DNA of 64,000 nt, taken from positions 96,001 through 160,000 of the IMG/VR virus record IMGVR_UViG_3300045988_167732. One strand, given 5' to 3'. The stretch is from a virus. The first letter of the stretch is position 1. The number at the start of each line of letters is the position of its first letter. Positions 59,737 through 64,000 of the stretch are shown piece after piece. The translations under genes were made by a program, and so were the position numbers. The notes below the pieces were generated by a model that saw only the letters and a program-made list of their open reading frames with translations, was not told where the DNA came from and did no database searches.

Positions 59737-61113
59737 ATGGCTGATATTAATAAGCTGCAAACGCTCATCCAACTGCGTCGCGGTTTTCAGGCACAGTGGG
59801 ATGCAGTGGCTAACACTTACATTCCTAAAGCTGGTGAACCTTGTGTAACTCTTGATGGTAAGGACAAGGGTTAGATTAAGATTGGTGATGGCACTTCTAC
59901 ATGGGGAGAACTTAAGTATGTTGGTGTCAACGAAGGTGCTATGCATTTTATTGGTACTGTTGCTACGAAGGCTGAACTTCCTGAAAGTGCTGAAACTGGT
60001 GACATTTATCAAGTAACTGAAGATAGCAAATTGTATATTTGGGATGGCGATAGCTGGGAGATTTTTCGTGCTGTTGACCTGAGTAATTATTACACCAAAG
60101 AAGAGACTACTAATCTTGTAACTGTTGAGATTAGTAATGTTAATACTAAGATTGAAAATCTTGGAACAGAGCTTGCTAAAGATTACGCTCTGAAGGCTGA
60201 CCTTGATGTTATTAAGGTTTATGGTGATACTGCATCTGATACTTCCATGGAAGTTAATGGACAAAAGTATAATACTGCCAGTGAAGCTATTGCGGCTGTA
60301 AGTGATGGCGGCACGATTAAGTTGAGTGGTGGTCTTGGTGCAGATGAAGTTATTAATGTTGACAAGAAGTTTACTCTTGATATGAATAATGCAGTTATTG
60401 TTGATAACGAGAAAACTCCTGTTAATGTTGATGTTAATGGTGCTTTAACTCTCACTGGTAACGGTAGTGTTGAATGCAACAGGAATGGTAAACCCGCTAT
60501 TAACAACAATGGTAATTTAACTATTGAGAATGGTAGTTATACTCGCAGTGTTGATGAGAAGGGTAATTCTTATTATACCATGGTCAACCATGGTAATACT
60601 GTGATTAATGATGGTATTTTCCAAGCTCCTCGGATTGTTTCGAGCATGATTTCCAATGGTTATTGGGATTATGCACAGGATTATAAAGCTGGCGAAATGG
60701 CAGAATATCCTGAATTGACTATCAATGGTGGTACATTTATTAACGCTTTCTATGTTATTAAGAATGATGACAATGGTAAGCTTTATATTAATGGTGGTAA
60801 CTTCTACGGTACTATTTTCAACAATGGTTACGAAATGGTTATTAAAGGTGGTAATTTCAAGGTTACTGATGGGACTTACAATATTGGTATGCGCAAGTTG
60901 AATGATGTAATGAATTCTGGTAAGTTACTCATTGAAGGTGGTACATTCTATAGCAATGGCGAAGTTAACTTTAAGCACAACGGTGGTGGCGAAGAGCCTG
61001 AAGTTGTTATTAAGGGTGGTAAGTTTAGTGCTGTTGTACCTGAGAAATATATTGCAGAAGGTTATGAACAGAAGTACATAGATGGCTACTATGTTGTAAC
61101 TGTAAAAGCTTAA
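59737..61113 (+). CDS. fibre-like protein: N-terminal LRRG..IKIGDG domain plus beta-helix-like repeats (one TAG=Gln)
   Basis: IQLRRGFQAQWDAVANTYIPKAGEPCVTLDGKDKGQIKIGDGTSTWGEL; repeats such as LTINGGTFIN, LYINGGNFYG, MVIKGGNFKV, LLIEGGTFYS. Confidence 0.75.
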
Positions 61114-61129
61114 GGAAGGAGGATGACTA

Positions 61130-61498
61130 ATGTTTAAATTAGCGTATGTAGACAAGGCAAAAATTGAAAATAGCATTGCACAGCAAGTCATCCCCGAAGA
61201 GAGCTTGATTGTGACCAACAGTGAGGCGAAGAATGCTGAACTGAGCTATTATGATGAAAAAGGTAATTTGAAGAGCATTGTAAAAAAGACTCAATTTGAG
61301 AGTTTTGCTGAAGCTCAATATTGGATTGCTAAATATGGTAACTACGAAGGTGAGACCATATCTGTACTTGAGAATGGTAAATGGAACACATACACTGTCA
61401 ATAAAGATGGTGAAATGAACCAGATAGTTTATCAACAGGATATGGTGTCTCTGTTGGATGATTTAATTATTGATGGTGGCGGTGCTCCTGAAGCATAA
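61130..61498 (+). CDS. small protein ending DGGGAPEA (122 aa)
   Basis: ORF with RBS. Confidence 0.75.
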   Translation: MFKLAYVDKAKIENSIAQQVIPEESLIVTNSEAKNAELSYYDEKGNLKSIVKKTQFESFAEAQYWIAKYGNYEGETISVLENGKWNTYTVNKDGEMNQIVYQQDMVSLLDDLIIDGGGAPEA

Positions 61499-61522
61499 TA
61501 ATTAAGGAAGGGAGGACTACCA

Positions 61523-62023
61523 ATGGCAAAAGTGATTAATACTGTTATTAAGCTTCGTTATGATTAGGATTATAACTACCAACGTGTTGGGAATACTTTT
61601 ATTCCAGCCAAGGGTGAAGTTTGTCTTGTTAATACGAGCAATAGTGGTTTAAGAGCGTTAGTTGGTGATGGTCAAAAAACTTATAACCAACTTGATTATG
61701 TTGACTATATCTTCTTTAAGGGATACTTTGATGGGAAAGTATTTTGGAAAGAAGAAGAGTTTGTAAATGAACTTGAAAAGAATATAAATAAAATTTATAT
61801 TGCTTTAAATAGTAATAATGACCTTTATATCTACAATGGAGAAAATTACGAAAAGTTGTACAATTTACCCTATGCCAATAGTAAAACTGCTGGTGTGGTT
61901 AAATTATACGATGAAGTAGGCAATAATACAGATGGCTCCATGACTTAGAGGGCTATTACTGAAGAATTAGAAAAAAAAGTCGAAACTTCCATTGAGGGAG
62001 AGACAATTTTTTTTATTAATTAA
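61523..62023 (+). CDS. fibre-associated protein (166 aa, two TAG=Gln)
   Basis: MAKVINTVIKLRYDQDYNYQRVGNTFIPAKGEVCLVNTSNSGLRALVGDGQKTYNQL: same N-terminal domain type as the fibre protein. Confidence 0.7.
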
Positions 62024-62060
62024 ATATTTTAATTTCGGATTTTACAAGGAGGTTTAAAAT

Positions 62061-63509
62061 ATGGCTGATAAATTTCTTTCTATTTTTAATGTTGGTGGCG
62101 TAGATTATAATTTGAAGGATGCTGCTGCTACTGCCAAGCTGAATACTTTGCTCGGTGAACAGACTGTTCAGGAGCTTGGTGCTGCCGCATGGAAGGCAGT
62201 TGCCGCTAATATTTCTGGCGAAGGTCTTGTTGATGCTTCCGTTGTTAAGGCTTATGTTGATTCTCAGGTTGGTCAGATTCACAACTTTGATGTTGTAATT
62301 GATGCAGATGGCACTGCTGCAAGTGGTCCTTCTGTTACCGCTTCTGCTGATACTATGTATAAGATTTATCTTGTTCCTTCTGATGATGCCGCTGCTGGTG
62401 GCTATATTGAGTATATTACCATTCGTTCTGGTGTAGTGGGTGCTTATACTTACACTTGGGAAGCTATTGGTAATACAAAGGTAAGCCTTACTGGTTATGT
62501 TCCTACTACGACCACTATTGCTACCATTGCTCTCGACCACAATATTACTGTTGCTGAACTTCAGACTGCTCTCAGTCTCAAGGCTTTCGCATATGCCGCA
62601 ACTGGTACTGCCACTGTCGCTGCTAAGACTGTTTCTGGCGTTAAGGCTACTGGTACCAGCACTGGTTCTATCTCTGGTGATATTGCATATGCTGAAACAG
62701 CTATTACTTCTACTGGTAAAGTAACTGCTACTGGTAGTGTTACTGGTTCTGCTATTTCTGGCGGTTCTATTGCTGTTACTCTCAAGGATGCCGAGGCTGC
62801 TACTGCTGCTTCTGTTACCGCCGAAGCTTACAAGCCCGCTGGTTCCGTAACTTCCAATTTTGTCGCTGATGCTGATAATGGTGTTGCTATTGCGGGTACT
62901 GTTTCTAAGCCCACGGCTACTGTTACTCCTGCCACTGCTACTGTTCAGGAAATGAAGACCTCTGGTACTGAGTATAGTATTACCAAGGGTTCTGTCGCTA
63001 AGGCTGCTGATACCAAGAGCGATTTTGCTACCGAAGGCGTTACTGCTTCTGTAGACGAAGCTACCGAGACTCTTACTTTTGCGGCTGCTGGTACTTCTAA
63101 GGCTGTTACGGATGCTGGTGATGTGACTTATACTGCTCCTGTTCTTTCTGGTGCTCTGCCCACTTTTGGTGCTTCTGCTGCTGTTATGACTGGTGTTACT
63201 GTTGATGTTTCTCAGCCCACATTCGATGGTAATAAATACGCTGTTAAGAGCTCTTTTGCTGGCACCGAAGTTGAGGATATGAAGGTTACTGGTGTTACCT
63301 ATGTCAAGCAGGCTGTCAACACCGCCACCTTTACTCCTGTCGCTGCTACGCTCGGATTCTCTGGAGATGAAGTTGCTGTTTCTGTTGCTGGCAAGTATGA
63401 CAAGGCCAATAAGGGTACTCTTGCCTTCGCTGGTGATGATATCGAGCTTGCCGTTGGCGATATTGCTGTTCCTGAGCAGACCATTACTGTTAATCCTGTT
63501 ACCGAGTAA
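62061..63509 (+). CDS. Ala/Thr/Val-rich repetitive virion or fibre protein (482 aa)
   Basis: Low-complexity beta-rich repeats. Confidence 0.65.
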   Translation: MADKFLSIFNVGGVDYNLKDAAATAKLNTLLGEQTVQELGAAAWKAVAANISGEGLVDASVVKAYVDSQVGQIHNFDVVIDADGTAASGPSVTASADTMYKIYLVPSDDAAAGGYIEYITIRSGVVGAYTYTWEAIGNTKVSLTGYVPTTTTIATIALDHNITVAELQTALSLKAFAYAATGTATVAAKTVSGVKATGTSTGSISGDIAYAETAITSTGKVTATGSVTGSAISGGSIAVTLKDAEAATAASVTAEAYKPAGSVTSNFVADADNGVAIAGTVSKPTATVTPATATVQEMKTSGTEYSITKGSVAKAADTKSDFATEGVTASVDEATETLTFAAAGTSKAVTDAGDVTYTAPVLSGALPTFGASAAVMTGVTVDVSQPTFDGNKYAVKSSFAGTEVEDMKVTGVTYVKQAVNTATFTPVAATLGFSGDEVAVSVAGKYDKANKGTLAFAGDDIELAVGDIAVPEQTITVNPVTE

Positions 63510-63541
63510 TTTTTTCTCTTTTAAAATGTAGGTAACTAAAA

Positions 63542-63664
63542 ATGGATATATCCAAGATAGAGTTACCTGATGGTTCTCAATTTGATATAAAAGATTCGTA
63601 TTTAACTCATGTTATTAATGTTCTTTTAGGATTGGAAGAACCAGATGAAAGAGATGTAAGGTAA
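63542..63664 (+). CDS. small protein MDISKIELPDGSQFDIKDSYLTHVINVLLGLEEPDERDVR
   Basis: 40-aa ORF; IELPDGSQFDIKD is a virion-like motif; not in ORF track. Confidence 0.6.
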   Translation: MDISKIELPDGSQFDIKDSYLTHVINVLLGLEEPDERDVR

Positions 63665-63669
63665 TTTAT

Positions 63670-63706
63670 ATAGAGTGGGGTTATAACAACCCCACTCTAT
63701 TTTAAA
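63670..63706 (+). terminator. intrinsic terminator
   Basis: ATAGAGTGGGGTT-ataac-AACCCCACTCTAT then TTT. Confidence 0.85.
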
Positions 63707-63722
63707 GAAAAAGGGGTAAGAT

Positions 63723-64000
63723 ATGAAACCAAAGAATAAAATAAGTGAATTTAGGCCAGATTTAAAAGAATGGTTTGTAAATTAGAACGATTATTATGAA
63801 TGTGGTATAGCAACCACTAAAAAGGTAAAATTTAAATGTCCTGATTGTGGAAATGAATTTGAAGAAAAGGTCTCTAATTTTACCAAAAGAGTAAAACTAT
63901 GCCCCAAATGCAATTTAAATGATATTTCTCGTCCAAATAAATTTCTAAGAGCTTTTTTAGAAGAAATTAAAGATTAGTTATTACGAAAAGATTTAGAATG
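63723..64000 (+). CDS. zinc-ribbon endonuclease-like protein, truncated by window edge (two TAG=Gln)
   Basis: KVKFKCPDCGNEFEEKVSNFTKRVKLCPKCNLNDISRPNKFLRAFLEEIKD(Q)LL. Confidence 0.5.

Noticed and set aside
59704-62785. Minus-strand ORFs antisense to the fibre genes (59704..60264, 60219..60509, 62016..62540, 62561..62785)
   Set aside because: Opposite strand of convincing plus-strand virion genes; low-complexity shadows.
1-64000. Bacteroidota crAss-like phage assignment
   Set aside because: Late-gene recoding and an RdRP-fold polymerase are reminiscent, but consistent AGGAGG Shine-Dalgarno sites and TTGACA/TATAAT promoters fit a Firmicutes-type host better; taxonomy left open.

Overview
Part of a tailed-phage genome. 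Plus-strand genes lie at ~0-14.3 kb and 44.4-64 kb, and a long minus-strand block at ~15-44.2 kb. TAG is not used as a stop in any gene I checked; reading it as Gln (code-15-like) joins split ORFs, including the large terminase, a CHAP-type endolysin with its C-terminal domain, a RdRP-fold RNA polymerase, a HAD-like phosphatase and homing endonucleases. The large terminase gene is interrupted by three group I introns, all at phase-0 sites; two carry endonuclease ORFs. The strongest novelty candidate is an eight-copy intergenic element in the minus-strand block (21.1, 29.3, 33.7, 35.0, 36.7, 37.4, 38.1, 38.6 kb). Each copy has (i) a TTGACA-17-TATAAT-type promoter facing opposite to the genes, (ii) a stem-loop A and a stem-loop C whose 6-8 nt loops are complementary to each other and covary between copies, (iii) between them a Shine-Dalgarno plus micro-ORF on the gene strand, and (iv) a distal hairpin D, which in four copies looks like a terminator for the antisense transcript. 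Seven micro-ORFs are 23-26 aa and related to one another; the eighth is 51 aa. Five of the eight start ATG-TAG. The layout resembles leader-peptide/pseudoknot/antisense-RNA control, but nothing of this kind has been demonstrated here. All product names come from motif recognition by eye; no database search was run.
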